64,000 bases of DNA from a bacterium (lineage in GTDB: Bacteria > UBA10199 > 2-02-FULL-44-16 > JAAZCA01), in assembly GCA_963674695.2 (NCBI GenBank), contig CAXXGI010000003.1, forward strand, positions 480,001 to 544,000, read 5' to 3'. Numbering within the stretch: position 1 is the first letter of the stretch; each line of letters starts with the position of its first letter. A program made the translations under genes and the position numbers. Below, one piece after another: positions 54,421 through 64,000 of this stretch. The notes below the pieces were generated by a model. It worked only from the letters and a program-made list of their open reading frames with translations, made no database searches and was not told where the DNA came from.

Positions 54421-57400
54421 TCACCTCTTCCTCCGTCTCCTCACCCTTCCGATGGCGATGCCGCCGACGGAGAGGAAGACCACGAGCAGCGTCGGCAGGA
54501 CGTTGGCCGCGGTGGCCGGTGCGCCGGCAACATAGCAGCCCTTGCAGCCGCCGGTGCCGGCAGCGCTTCCCATCAGGCCGGGTTCGCCCACGAGGGCGGC
54601 AAACCGAACATCGAGCGGAACGGGCTGACCCGCGGCGTCCTGCACCAACGTGATCTGGACGTTCTGGAAGCCATCCCAGGGGAGCTCCGGCGTGAAGATG
54701 CGCGAGTCAGACTGTGCCCCGGCGTTCTTCTTCGCCGCCAGAAAGCTGATCACCGCTTCCGGATCCATCATCCGGTTCTCGATGTAGAGGTCCTCCATAT
54801 GCTCGACGCCCAGGTTTTCGAGCGTCTGGGCATCCGGCGCTCCGGCCATGCCGCCGAACGATCCGAACGTGGTCGGCATGCGCAGGCGGATGATGTGGAC
54901 GTAACTGGGCGGACCGGACTGGCTCTGTTGTGCCGCGAAGTCGATCATCGGTCCCTCAAGGGGCCCCTGCTGCGCGGCCGCAAAATCGCCAGAAACCCCT
55001 GGTGCGGCGATGACCGCCCGGTGATCGATCATGTTGTTCACGATCGTGCGGTTCTGGGGAAAGCTCGTCAGCGACGTCGCTGTGAGCGAGAGGCTCGGCG
55101 CAATCGCCTGAATCGCTGGGTTCCCTGAACTCGACAGGTTCGGTAGCGAGAAGGCCTTGGCCATCTGCGCGGCGGCCGGTTCAGCCGGCACCACGGGCAG
55201 GATGCGCATCGGCTGTTGCACCGCGCGGATCTCGTTGCGGAAGGTCATCTGTGAGGCATCGTCGAATGCGGTGCCCGAGGTCTGCACAAACATCCAAGGT
55301 GGCACCTCGGTGGTCGACGCACTCGCCGAGAGCTGTGCTTGCGAACCGGAGAAGGCCGGACGCACCCGGATGAAACAGGTCATCGTCTGCATCGGCTCGA
55401 CGAAGAGGTCGTAATCCTCCACGCCCGTGGCGTCTTGCACACGCGCGTTGAGCGCCTTGATCATCGTGGCGGCCGCTTCGCTCGAGTAGGTGTCGACATG
55501 ACAACGCGCATCGGCGATCTGCGAGGCGACGATGCTGTCATCATCATCACCCGGGATGGGTAGGTCGCGCTGGTCGCTGCAGAAACAGTCGTAGGTGCAG
55601 ACCTGGCCGTCGGCGCATTCATAGTCGGATTGGCATTCAAACTCCGGACCGCAATGATTGACCTGGTACATACAGCTGCAGTCCATTTCGCACCCGAGCG
55701 GTGTGAGCTGCTCGGGATTTTCGTCGCAGTACTGCGACAGGTGTGCTGCCTGTTCGTCGGGCGACAGATCCGCCGTGTCGCACTGCTCCCCGTCCAGATC
55801 GACCGCACCGTTGCGATTGCAGGTGATGCGTTCGAGCGGCACCACCACCGACATCTCACGGGCGCCCGGCATATCCTGTCCGCGCGGCATGGGGATGTGG
55901 GCCTTCAGGGAGAGCGGCGCCCCGAGAACCGGCACGAGCGGTCGCAGCGGGATGTCGATGATCCGGAGGAGTTCCAGAGGGAGGAGACTGCTGAACGCAG
56001 GATCCAGCGTTCCGATGCCCCCGGTAGGGATGGCCTGACAGCCGAGTGAGAGTTGCTGCTTACTGCGGACGCCCGACTTTGAGCGTGTCTTTGGCATCAT
56101 CAGCTGACGGGCCACCATGAATCGCTTGAGCTCGTATCCTTCATACGTTCCTTCGACGAGCGCGAGCGTCTCGAGGAAGGTATTCTGGAGTGCCGCCATG
56201 GCCTCTTTGTTTTCGAAGAGATCCGTCATGCTCTCCAGCGGTTGTACCGTTGCCACCGGCACGAGGTTGCCGACCAGTGCGATGGCATCGCCGTTCGATG
56301 CCGACACGACCACATCCGGTCGCCAGGCGGCATAGTCGGTCTCACCGCTGTCAGCAGAGTCGGAGTCGTTCTCACCATCCGCGGCGAAGCGCATGTTGTT
56401 TTCAACCTCGAGCGCGGCGCCGGACGTGACGCACTGGCAGTCATCGCAGGTTTCGTCGGTATTGCAGTCAGTGTCGGATTCACACTGTTCATCTGTGCCG
56501 ATGGTGCCATCTCCGCAAACAGCATTGCATCGATCACATTTCGGAGCACAGGTTGGATTTGGATCAAAACATCCAACATGATCATCGCTGGAGTCTGGTG
56601 TGTTCGACCCCGTATCACAAGCTTCACCAAGGTTGAAGTCTATGATACCATTTCCGCATGTGGGAACAATGCACTGACAATCGATGCAGGTTGCATTCGA
56701 AGACCCACAATCGGAATCGGTTTCACACTGTTCACTGGTTTCGATGGTGCCGTTGCCGCACTCGGGTTGGTTCGGACAGAGACTCGTATCCGTCCGGTAG
56801 TCGCAGAACGCCTTTAGCGAAGGAATGAGATCGCTGTACGTGTCATAGGGATGATAGCAATAGATCTCAAGCGGACAGGTGCACGGATCTGTGCAACAGG
56901 GCTCGGTTTCATCGATATCCGTCGTCGCTGGATCGTCGCCGAAGAAAGGCAGGTACAGATCGTTTCCACCTTCCATGCCCTTATTGCAGCCGGGTATCGT
57001 GCGGCAATGCGGTGCGATCGGATACTGCGCCCCCGCGGGTCCCTCGATATACGGAATGGGGATGCCGTTTCCATATTGTGTGCTGGTCATATTGTAGACC
57101 ATGCCTTCGTAAATCCCTGGGGGTGTGGCAACGACTGTTGCGGTTGCCTCGGTCGGAACCGCGCAGCCGATTTCGGGGAGCATGAGCGGAAGGCCGCTGA
57201 TCTGCGCGAGGGCATCGGCGCCATCTTTCCTCTCGGCCGTGATGCGTCCGACGCCGAAGGGACGATCTTCGCTCACGGTCGTAACGGCCTCACTCGTTGC
57301 CGACAGGCTTCCGACGCGAACGCGTTTCACGCCGCCCACACCGGGGCTGTAGTCCATCGACGAGAAGACGAGGGCGTTTTGCGCATCGAGCGCGCCGTAG

Positions 57401-59685
57401 AAGACATGGGCGTAGGAAGCGAAGGCGTTCGCCATGCCCTCCCCCACTGCTTCCGGCGTCAGGTTTCCGGCGGCGATGTCGGTGATGTTGTCACCGTTGA
57501 AATCGCCAATCGTCGCGGAGGCGATCTGAACGCTCGCATCGAGGGTGAGATTATTGAACGGTTCCTGCGGTTCGCAGCCATCGTTCCCAGGGATACGGCG
57601 GATCACCGTCACGGCATTCGAAAACATCTTCTGCGATAAACCATCCGCAGCGGCATCGAAACGCACGTTTTCAGAGTCAGCAGCGACGAGGTCGTTGACC
57701 ACCGTGTGTGCCCCACGCCAGGTGACGATGAGGTCCTCACACGCGGTGTCGCTCTCCCCATTGAGGTGTCCCGTTGTCACTCCATACGGGACAAAGTCGC
57801 CGCCGGAGGGCGGATCGAGCAGGAGGAATTCCGGCTTCACCAACGGTGTGGCCACGCATCTCCGCTTGTCGGCCTTGTTGAGATACATATAGATTCGACG
57901 CTCCTCATCGAGCGGGTCGATGAGGGAGATCACACCCTTGCAGACATTCACTCCATCGACCTCCTGACAGAACGGAATGCCGGAGGGAACCACGACCGTC
58001 TGGTGACGCTTGCTCGGCAGATCGTCTTCATCGGTGAGGACGGCCATGTCGTACATGCCGGGACCCACGAGCGCCATACTGGCAATAAATTTACCCGACG
58101 CCTCGGTTCCGGCCATATCCATGAAGCTGGTCGGGTTCATCGCCTCGAAGTCGGTGGATGCGTTCCAGGCGTGATCCTCATTCTGCCGATAGAAGGCGAC
58201 CGGCGCGACGACCGTGTGCGGATAGTCGGCAGTTCCGGCGCCCAGCGGTGTACTCTGATCGACATAGCATGTACCCATGACGTCAGCGGGCGGCTGTGTC
58301 ATCGTGACAAGCATCTCCGACCAGGTGCCTGGAGCGTAATGACTGTATGTGCCGGAACTGCTGCTACCGCTACCAACCTCAAACATCGCCGGGCGTCCGA
58401 AGATGCCGAGGATATATTGCGTCAGGTCGCGCATGCTCGCTTGATAGGCCACCGCTACATCGCCGTCGCGATAGGCCAGCGCCAATGGGCCGTCGGTGAT
58501 CTTGCGTCCGCCGTGCAGGTCCATGGTCTCGACGGCCACGGGGTTCGTGAGCCGCGGGACGATCGTGTTCGACTCGGCCAGCGAGAAGAGCTCGTGGAGG
58601 ATCTTCTCCATCTCGAACGGTGGGTTGTTGCCCGTATTGATTTCAATCTGTGGCAGATCCCAGCTGCGATAACCGGTGAAACGATAGCGCATCTGATCGC
58701 CGTCCTTCCGGAAGAAGGCCAGCGGGGACATGTAGGAGAAGTTGAAGGATTTGTTCGGGATTTGAACTGGTTGATGGAGGTGATAGGATAATGTCGTACC
58801 GGTACGCAAAACCGTCAGCTCTACATCTGCACTCAAATTGAATTCATTTTTGACATGGAGATTGAACGGATCGTAGGAGGGAGCAACGATGCCCGTTCCG
58901 ATATCCGCCGTGTCGAAGAGGAAAACGTCGGTATATGGACCCGCATCGGTGATGTCAGCAAACCCAGGGAGGTTGCTGCAGTCATCCGAATACAACGGGG
59001 CGCTGAAGGGTCTACACCAGTGAAAGCCCTCGGTGCTGCTGATGGCAGCGGGATAGTGGCGTAGGGTTTCCGCGTTGTCGTAAGGGGCAAGCGCTTGCGC
59101 TTCGCCCATGACGCCGGGTTCGAAGAAGAACTGATCGGTCGGATCGCCGAGAAGCCTTATGAGCTGACCATCCGGATCGCCCTGGATGTTGGCGAACATG
59201 ATTTGGCGAACGGCATGGTTTGTTCTGCTCAGGGTGAAAACCGGTTGTAACGAGATGTCGACGCTACCGTCGAGAGCACTAGTATTGAATTCCAGATTCA
59301 GATTGAGCCCGCTTGGGGCAATTCCCCCGAAGATCATTGTCCCACTTTCAGGATGGGGGATTCTCTCCATCATGTCGTTGATGACTTCCGCACCCTCGTC
59401 GGCCACGCGCGCTCCCGGCGTGGCGATGAGGTCCTCCACGCGGAAGGGATGTGCGCTGGGCAGGTCGATCTCCAGGTTGCCGAAACGGCCCGCATTCTCC
59501 GGGTGATCGAAGAAGCGCAGGCTTATGGCCCCGGTCTGCAGCGCCGCGGCACCGGCTTCATCCCGTTGAACCACCGGGATCGGCTTGGACAGTTCCAGCT
59601 CCGGTGTGTGTCCCTGTGCCATCGCCATCGATGGCAGCATGAGACCCAGCGCGCAGAGCAGACAGAGAAAAGTGGTGTTCTTCAT
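54421..59685 (-). CDS. Giant secreted Cys-rich surface protein, paralog of 42031-50148
   Basis: Shared blocks ADIGTGIVAPSYD, CEDL..TWRG, PRG..MPG.REM, EDLYIEN; GGC-TM-RRRKR tail. Confidence 0.85.
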   Translation of the reverse strand: MKNTTFLCLLCALGLMLPSMAMAQGHTPELELSKPIPVVQRDEAGAAALQTGAISLRFFDHPENAGRFGNLEIDLPSAHPFRVEDLIATPGARVADEGAEVINDMMERIPHPESGTMIFGGIAPSGLNLNLEFNTSALDGSVDISLQPVFTLSRTNHAVRQIMFANIQGDPDGQLIRLLGDPTDQFFFEPGVMGEAQALAPYDNAETLRHYPAAISSTEGFHWCRPFSAPLYSDDCSNLPGFADITDAGPYTDVFLFDTADIGTGIVAPSYDPFNLHVKNEFNLSADVELTVLRTGTTLSYHLHQPVQIPNKSFNFSYMSPLAFFRKDGDQMRYRFTGYRSWDLPQIEINTGNNPPFEMEKILHELFSLAESNTIVPRLTNPVAVETMDLHGGRKITDGPLALAYRDGDVAVAYQASMRDLTQYILGIFGRPAMFEVGSGSSSSGTYSHYAPGTWSEMLVTMTQPPADVMGTCYVDQSTPLGAGTADYPHTVVAPVAFYRQNEDHAWNASTDFEAMNPTSFMDMAGTEASGKFIASMALVGPGMYDMAVLTDEDDLPSKRHQTVVVPSGIPFCQEVDGVNVCKGVISLIDPLDEERRIYMYLNKADKRRCVATPLVKPEFLLLDPPSGGDFVPYGVTTGHLNGESDTACEDLIVTWRGAHTVVNDLVAADSENVRFDAAADGLSQKMFSNAVTVIRRIPGNDGCEPQEPFNNLTLDASVQIASATIGDFNGDNITDIAAGNLTPEAVGEGMANAFASYAHVFYGALDAQNALVFSSMDYSPGVGGVKRVRVGSLSATSEAVTTVSEDRPFGVGRITAERKDGADALAQISGLPLMLPEIGCAVPTEATATVVATPPGIYEGMVYNMTSTQYGNGIPIPYIEGPAGAQYPIAPHCRTIPGCNKGMEGGNDLYLPFFGDDPATTDIDETEPCCTDPCTCPLEIYCYHPYDTYSDLIPSLKAFCDYRTDTSLCPNQPECGNGTIETSEQCETDSDCGSSNATCIDCQCIVPTCGNGIIDFNLGEACDTGSNTPDSSDDHVGCFDPNPTCAPKCDRCNAVCGDGTIGTDEQCESDTDCNTDETCDDCQCVTSGAALEVENNMRFAADGENDSDSADSGETDYAAWRPDVVVSASNGDAIALVGNLVPVATVQPLESMTDLFENKEAMAALQNTFLETLALVEGTYEGYELKRFMVARQLMMPKTRSKSGVRSKQQLSLGCQAIPTGGIGTLDPAFSSLLPLELLRIIDIPLRPLVPVLGAPLSLKAHIPMPRGQDMPGAREMSVVVPLERITCNRNGAVDLDGEQCDTADLSPDEQAAHLSQYCDENPEQLTPLGCEMDCSCMYQVNHCGPEFECQSDYECADGQVCTYDCFCSDQRDLPIPGDDDDSIVASQIADARCHVDTYSSEAAATMIKALNARVQDATGVEDYDLFVEPMQTMTCFIRVRPAFSGSQAQLSASASTTEVPPWMFVQTSGTAFDDASQMTFRNEIRAVQQPMRILPVVPAEPAAAQMAKAFSLPNLSSSGNPAIQAIAPSLSLTATSLTSFPQNRTIVNNMIDHRAVIAAPGVSGDFAAAQQGPLEGPMIDFAAQQSQSGPPSYVHIIRLRMPTTFGSFGGMAGAPDAQTLENLGVEHMEDLYIENRMMDPEAVISFLAAKKNAGAQSDSRIFTPELPWDGFQNVQITLVQDAAGQPVPLDVRFAALVGEPGLMGSAAGTGGCKGCYVAGAPATAANVLPTLLVVFLSVGGIAIGRVRRRRKR

Positions 59686-59713
59686 ATAGTCCTCTCTTTC
59701 CAGCATCCATAAT

Positions 59714-59731
59714 ATGCAAGGAAAGTGCCAA
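59714..59731 (-). promoter_or_regulatory. Sigma54 promoter
   Basis: TTGGCACTTTCCTTGCAT, consensus match. Confidence 0.8.
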
Positions 59732-59862
59732 GGAATTCGCTTGCGATATTTCTAGTTAGCATGTTGAAAAATAAGGAATTGTTGCACATTCTGTCTCTCG
59801 CGCATGTCATTTTGAGAGCAATAAACCGACGGTGTCAAGATTATGACGGGTGCATGGTTTCA

Positions 59863-59953
59863 GTCGAGATCCCCGCGTTCGCGGGGATGACAAAACTTCG
59901 GGGGATGACAAAGCCAAGGGGGGTGTCATTCCCGCGCACGCGGGAATCTCGAT
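59863..59953. repeat. REP cluster
   Basis: Same arrangement as 50323-50415. Confidence 0.85.
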
Positions 59954-59966
59954 TGTATCGGTTCCC

Positions 59967-61244
59967 CTATCCCCGCAACCCAAACTCTTCATGCAACACG
60001 CGGACGGCACGGTCGGCGTGTCGGCTGTCGATGACGATCGAGACCTTGATCTCACTGGTACCGATCATCTGCACGGCGATCCCCTCGCGCGCCAGCGCGG
60101 CAAACATACGGTGGGCAACGCCTGCGTGCGAGCGCATGCCGAGCCCCACGACCGAAATCTTGGCGATATCCCCCGCCGTCTCCACCTTCCCCGCTTCTAC
60201 CTGGCGCGCGGCCCCTTCGGCAAGCGTCATGGCGCGTTTCAAGTCCGCTTTAGGCACCGTGAAGGTGAGATCGGTGATGCCATCGGCCGAGACGTTCTGG
60301 ATGATGAGGTCCACGTCGATCCCCTCGCGTGCGATCGGCGCAAAGATCTGCGCGGTGACTCCCACACGATCGGGGACGCGTCGGATCGAGACCTTGGCCT
60401 CGTTGGTGTTGCAGGTGATGCCGGAGACGACGGTCCCCTCCAGACAGCTCTCCTCCGGCAGGACCGCGGTGCCCGGCTGATCGGAGAAGGAGGAACGCAC
60501 CACGAGCGGCACGCCGCACTTGGCGGCCAGTGCCACCGACCGACCGTGCAGGACCTTCGCGCCGGCGTCGGCCAGCTCCATCATCTCTTCGTAGCTGATG
60601 CGATCGATAATGCGCGCGTCGGGACAGAGGCGCGGGTCAGCGGAGAAGACGCCGTCGACATCGGTGTAGATCTCGCAGCGATCCGCCTCGATGGCTGCGG
60701 CCAGTGCGACCGCCGAGGTGTCCGAGCCGCCGCGACCGATCGTGGTGATCGCGCCCGTTTCGTTCACCCCCTGAAACCCGGCGACGATTGCCACCGCCCC
60801 TGCATCGAGGACGGTGCGAACATAACGGGGATCGATGGCGCGAATGCGCGCGCGGCCATGCGCCCCTTCGGTTTCGATGCCCGCCTGTGCCCCCGTCAGT
60901 GGTGTGCCGGTGATGCCGCGCTGGCTCAGCGCGAGGGAGAGCAGTGCGATGGAATGCTGTTCCCCGGTGGCCAGCAGCAGATCGACCGCGCAGGGGTCGG
61001 GCTCGGCACAGATGTCATGCGCCGTCTTGAGGAGCCGATCCGTCTGTCCCGCCATGGCCGAGAGCACCACCGCCACGCGCATGCCCTCGCGATGGGCGTC
61101 CGCCACACGATCGGCCACACGATTGATGCACTCGACGTCAGCAACCGATGTGCCACCGAATTTCATGACAAGCACCGAAGGTGCTTGTCGGTTCGATGGT
61201 TCGATGGTTCGACGGTTCGATGGTGAGTTTGGAGATGATGTCAT
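59967..61244 (-). CDS. lysC: Aspartate kinase
   Basis: MKFGGTSV, GRGGSDTSA, YTDVDGV, ACT domains. Confidence 0.95.
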   Translation of the reverse strand: MTSSPNSPSNRRTIEPSNRQAPSVLVMKFGGTSVADVECINRVADRVADAHREGMRVAVVLSAMAGQTDRLLKTAHDICAEPDPCAVDLLLATGEQHSIALLSLALSQRGITGTPLTGAQAGIETEGAHGRARIRAIDPRYVRTVLDAGAVAIVAGFQGVNETGAITTIGRGGSDTSAVALAAAIEADRCEIYTDVDGVFSADPRLCPDARIIDRISYEEMMELADAGAKVLHGRSVALAAKCGVPLVVRSSFSDQPGTAVLPEESCLEGTVVSGITCNTNEAKVSIRRVPDRVGVTAQIFAPIAREGIDVDLIIQNVSADGITDLTFTVPKADLKRAMTLAEGAARQVEAGKVETAGDIAKISVVGLGMRSHAGVAHRMFAALAREGIAVQMIGTSEIKVSIVIDSRHADRAVRVLHEEFGLRG

Positions 61245-61438
61245 TATTTGATTCCTTGGCGAAACTTGGTCATACGTTTGCCGAGCGTGTGCATTTTTGT
61301 CTGAATATCCTGCAAATGGCTGATATCGACGTACTGTAATCGCGAAGAGAGCAGAAACTGTGTTTCTAGTTCGGCAAGCTCTCCCAGTGCTATCGAAATG
61401 CTCCTCTCCAATTCCTGAAATGAATGTGCAGTCGTCAT
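61244..61438 (-). pseudogene. Internally deleted four-helix-bundle (23S rRNA IVP-like) gene
   Basis: HSFQEL fused to ISIALGELAELETQ...LQY; the central RRAAVSIPSNIAEG block is absent. Confidence 0.65.
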
Positions 61439-61472
61439 ATGCGCCTTTTGGTTTTACCATCGAACCATCGAA

Positions 61473-62855
61473 CTAACGTGGCCTTCCCAACTTGTGCACT
61501 GCCCGTCCTTCGGCGTCGGCGGCGGCTTCGGCAAGTACCTCGGGGAGCGTGGGGTGCGAGTGGATCGTCTCCTCGATGTCGCGCACGCGCATGCCCTTGG
61601 AAACGGCGAGCGCGGCTTCGGCGATCATGGTCGTGGCCTCACGGCCGATGAGATGCACGCCCAGAAGTTTCCCATCGGCGGCGATGTGGACGATCGCCTG
61701 TCCATCCGGGTCGCCGTCGCAGAGCGCCTTGCCGCTGGCGGCATACGGAAAACGGCCGGTGCGAAAATCGACGCCATCGGATTTGAGTTGTTCGGCGGTC
61801 TTGCCTACGCCAGCGATTTCCGGGTCGGTGAAGATGGGTGACGGGACGACGTTCGTCGTGCAGGCCTCTTCATGCCCGAAGAGCGTCTGCATCGCCGCGA
61901 TCCCCTGATGGCTGGCCGCATGCGCGAGCATCCATCCGCCGATGACATCGCCGATGGCAAGGATCTGCTCGTTCGATGTCTGAAACCGTTCGTTCACGGC
62001 GATGGCGCCGCGCTCGGTCACTTCCACCCCGGCCGCGCTGACGTTCAGCGCAGAGACATCCGGCCGACGCCCGACGGCGACGAGCACGTGACTGGCAGTG
62101 ATCGTCTCATCTCCCGAGAGCGTCACCGACACGCCTCCCTCGGAGGCGACGGCTGCGTCCACCGTGGTCTTCGTGCGGATGTCGATTCCGCGCCCCTTCA
62201 TCGCGCGCGCGAGCAGTCGTGAGATCGCGCCTTCCACCGGCGGCAGGATCGAATCCATCGCTTCGATGATCGTCACCTTCGCGCCGAAGGTCTGCATCAT
62301 GCAGGCGAACTCACAGCCGATCACGCCGCCGCCGACGATGACGAGGTGTTCTGGGATGAAGGTCCAATCGAGCGCTGCATCGCTCGTGACGATGCGTTCA
62401 TGGTCGATCGGAATGCCGGGCAGCTCAATCCACTTCGACCCCGTGGCGATGAGCACGTGCTTGGCCTCGATCGCGTTGCCATCGATGGCGAGCGCGCCGC
62501 CCTCCTGAAAGGCGGCCTGCCCGTGCAGGAGTTCCACGCCCCTTCCCTTGAGTAATTTCTCAATGCCGCCGCGCAGGTTTTCAACGATGGTCGTTTTGCG
62601 TGCCTGCACCGCACGCATGTCGATGGATGGCTCGCCCTCCGGCAGACGCACGCCTAATTCAGCGGCATGGAGTACGCCCTTGAGCGCATGTGCTGAGGCG
62701 ATGAATGATTTGGTCGGAATGCAACCGCGGTTCAAACAGACGCCACCGAGTTGATCCTTTTCGATCAAGGCGACTTTGGCACCGAGTGAGGCGGCACGAA
62801 GGGCGGCGACGTATCCGCCCGGCCCTGCCCCGATGATGGCGATATCGTAGGTCAT
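61473..62855 (-). CDS. lpdA: Dihydrolipoyl dehydrogenase
   Basis: GAGPGGY, GGVCLNRGCIPTK, GGGVIGCE, HSHPTLPE. Confidence 0.95.
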   Translation of the reverse strand: MTYDIAIIGAGPGGYVAALRAASLGAKVALIEKDQLGGVCLNRGCIPTKSFIASAHALKGVLHAAELGVRLPEGEPSIDMRAVQARKTTIVENLRGGIEKLLKGRGVELLHGQAAFQEGGALAIDGNAIEAKHVLIATGSKWIELPGIPIDHERIVTSDAALDWTFIPEHLVIVGGGVIGCEFACMMQTFGAKVTIIEAMDSILPPVEGAISRLLARAMKGRGIDIRTKTTVDAAVASEGGVSVTLSGDETITASHVLVAVGRRPDVSALNVSAAGVEVTERGAIAVNERFQTSNEQILAIGDVIGGWMLAHAASHQGIAAMQTLFGHEEACTTNVVPSPIFTDPEIAGVGKTAEQLKSDGVDFRTGRFPYAASGKALCDGDPDGQAIVHIAADGKLLGVHLIGREATTMIAEAALAVSKGMRVRDIEETIHSHPTLPEVLAEAAADAEGRAVHKLGRPR

Positions 62856-62871
62856 GTGAACTCCTTTGCTG

Positions 62872-62991
62872 TGTCATCCCCGCGAATCAAAGGCTGTCAT
62901 TCCCGCGAAAGCGGGAATCTCGCCTTATTGTATTACAATCGAGATCCCCGTTTTCACGGGGATGACAATCTAAACTCCTTCGGGAATGACA
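62872..62991. repeat. REP cluster
   Basis: GTCATTCCCGCGAAAGCGGGAATC plus an inverted unit. Confidence 0.85.
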
Positions 62992-62996
62992 GCTTT

Positions 62997-63411
62997 CTAA
63001 AAAACAATCGTTCTCGTGCATTCATCCTTCACGGTAAACGCGATCCACTGCGTGCGTTCGGGGAGTGCATCGGGAAAGCGGTCGGCCCATTCGATGACCG
63101 TGATTCCTTCGCCGTCGAGATACTCTTCGAGTCCGAGGTCGGCGAGCTCCGAGGCCTCGTCGAGTCGGTAGAAGTCGAAGTGAAAGAGCGGCAGGCGTCC
63201 CCCGCGATATTCGTTGATGATCGTGAACGACGGCGACCGCACATAGATGGTCGACGGAACGCCGAGTCCAGCCGCGAGCCCTTGCACGAAGCGCGTCTTG
63301 CCCGCGCCCAGTTCCCCGTTGAGGGCCAGCACTGCGCCGGGCGTGAGCTCTTGTGCAAAGCTGCGTGCCAACTCGAACGTTTCATCGGGTGATCTGGTCG
63401 TGTGGTTCATC
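62997..63411 (-). CDS. tsaE: tRNA t6A biosynthesis ATPase TsaE
   Basis: GELGAGKT, SPSFTI, HFDFYRL, IEWA. Confidence 0.93.
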
Positions 63412-63439
63412 GTATCCTTAAAAATATCATTCCCGAAAG

Positions 63440-63512
63440 GTGTCATTCCCGCGAAAGCGGGAATCTCGCTTTATTATTTATAATTGAGATCCCCGTTTTC
63501 ACGGGGATGACA
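63440..63512. repeat. REP pair overlapping the nnr stop codon
   Basis: GAGATCCCCGTTTTCACGGGGATGACAA spans 63499. Confidence 0.8.
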
Positions 63513-63990
63513 ACCCAAACACCTCCGGCAGTGCTTCGATGACGTCCGATGCGATGAGCGTGCGCTGGCTCGTGTGATCGGCGGCGATGTCACCGGCGAG
63601 TCCATGGCACCAGACCCCGGCCATCGCGGCGGTCATGGCATCGACCCCTTGCGCCAAGAAGGCGGCGATGATGCCGGTGAGGGCATCGCCCATTCCGGCG
63701 GTCGCCATGCCGGGATTGCCCGTCGGATTGATCGCGGCCATTCCGTCGGGTGCAGCAACGATCGTGCCGTGCCCTTTCAGAACGACGATCGCCCCGGTTT
63801 CGGCGGAAAGTGTTTTTGCCATGACCAGTCGATTGTCCTGAACATCGCTCGTGCTGGTGTGCATGAGCCGCGCCATCTCGCCCGGGTGCGGTGTGAGAAT
63901 CGTTGCGGCGCGACGCCCTTCGAGCGAGCGACGATCGAGGAGGTTGAGTCCGTCCGCATCGATGACCAGCGGTCGATCGCATCCCTTCAC
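63499..63990 (-). CDS. nnrD: NAD(P)H-hydrate dehydratase (YjeF C-terminal part, truncated by the window)
   Basis: VIDADGLN, LTPHPGEMARL, VVLKG, MATAGMGDALTG. Confidence 0.92.
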   Translation of the reverse strand: MKGCDRPLVIDADGLNLLDRRSLEGRRAATILTPHPGEMARLMHTSTSDVQDNRLVMAKTLSAETGAIVVLKGHGTIVAAPDGMAAINPTGNPGMATAGMGDALTGIIAAFLAQGVDAMTAAMAGVWCHGLAGDIAADHTSQRTLIASDVIEALPEVFGLSSP

Positions 63991-64000
63991 GAATACATTG

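Noticed and set aside
54231-54653. ORFs starting with SFPRRRES/SFPPPIQSFEGRL (also 39252-39644 and the N-terminal extensions of lipA and tsaE)
   Set aside because: Translations of REP elements
61244-61438. Four-helix-bundle ORF as a DGR Avd accessory gene
   Set aside because: No reverse transcriptase or template repeat nearby; the ORF is internally deleted

Overview
GC-rich bacterial chromosome segment, probably Deltaproteobacteria-like (RpoH-box sigma factor, squalene-hopene cyclase, Cys-rich surface giants with GGGC-TM-basic tails). It contains an apparently complete ~35 kb podovirus-type prophage (2064-37087), transcribed almost entirely on the minus strand. Main result: no integrase ORF is visible, and the prophage is bounded by a 15-bp direct repeat (TATATCTTATACGAC) that forms the core of a dif-like XerC/XerD site. 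The left site (2053-2080) is complete. The right site (37062-37089) keeps the XerC arm and central hexamer but has a degenerate XerD arm. This points to a tailed dsDNA phage that integrates through host Xer recombination, with a TLC-type attP. Other notable features: a sigma54-type promoter with an IHF-like site and upstream repeats driving the phage early operon; a C4-like antisense RNA next to attL; and a cluster of structured ncRNA-like elements near an RtcB ligase, an Sm-like protein and an RS-repeat peptide. There is also a 24x27-bp repeat with four binary variable positions and a Hint-domain ejection protein. On the host side, two paralogous giant surface proteins share sigma54/enhancer motifs, and REP palindromes are frequent but absent from the prophage. 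All calls are from reading the sequence by eye; no searches were run.
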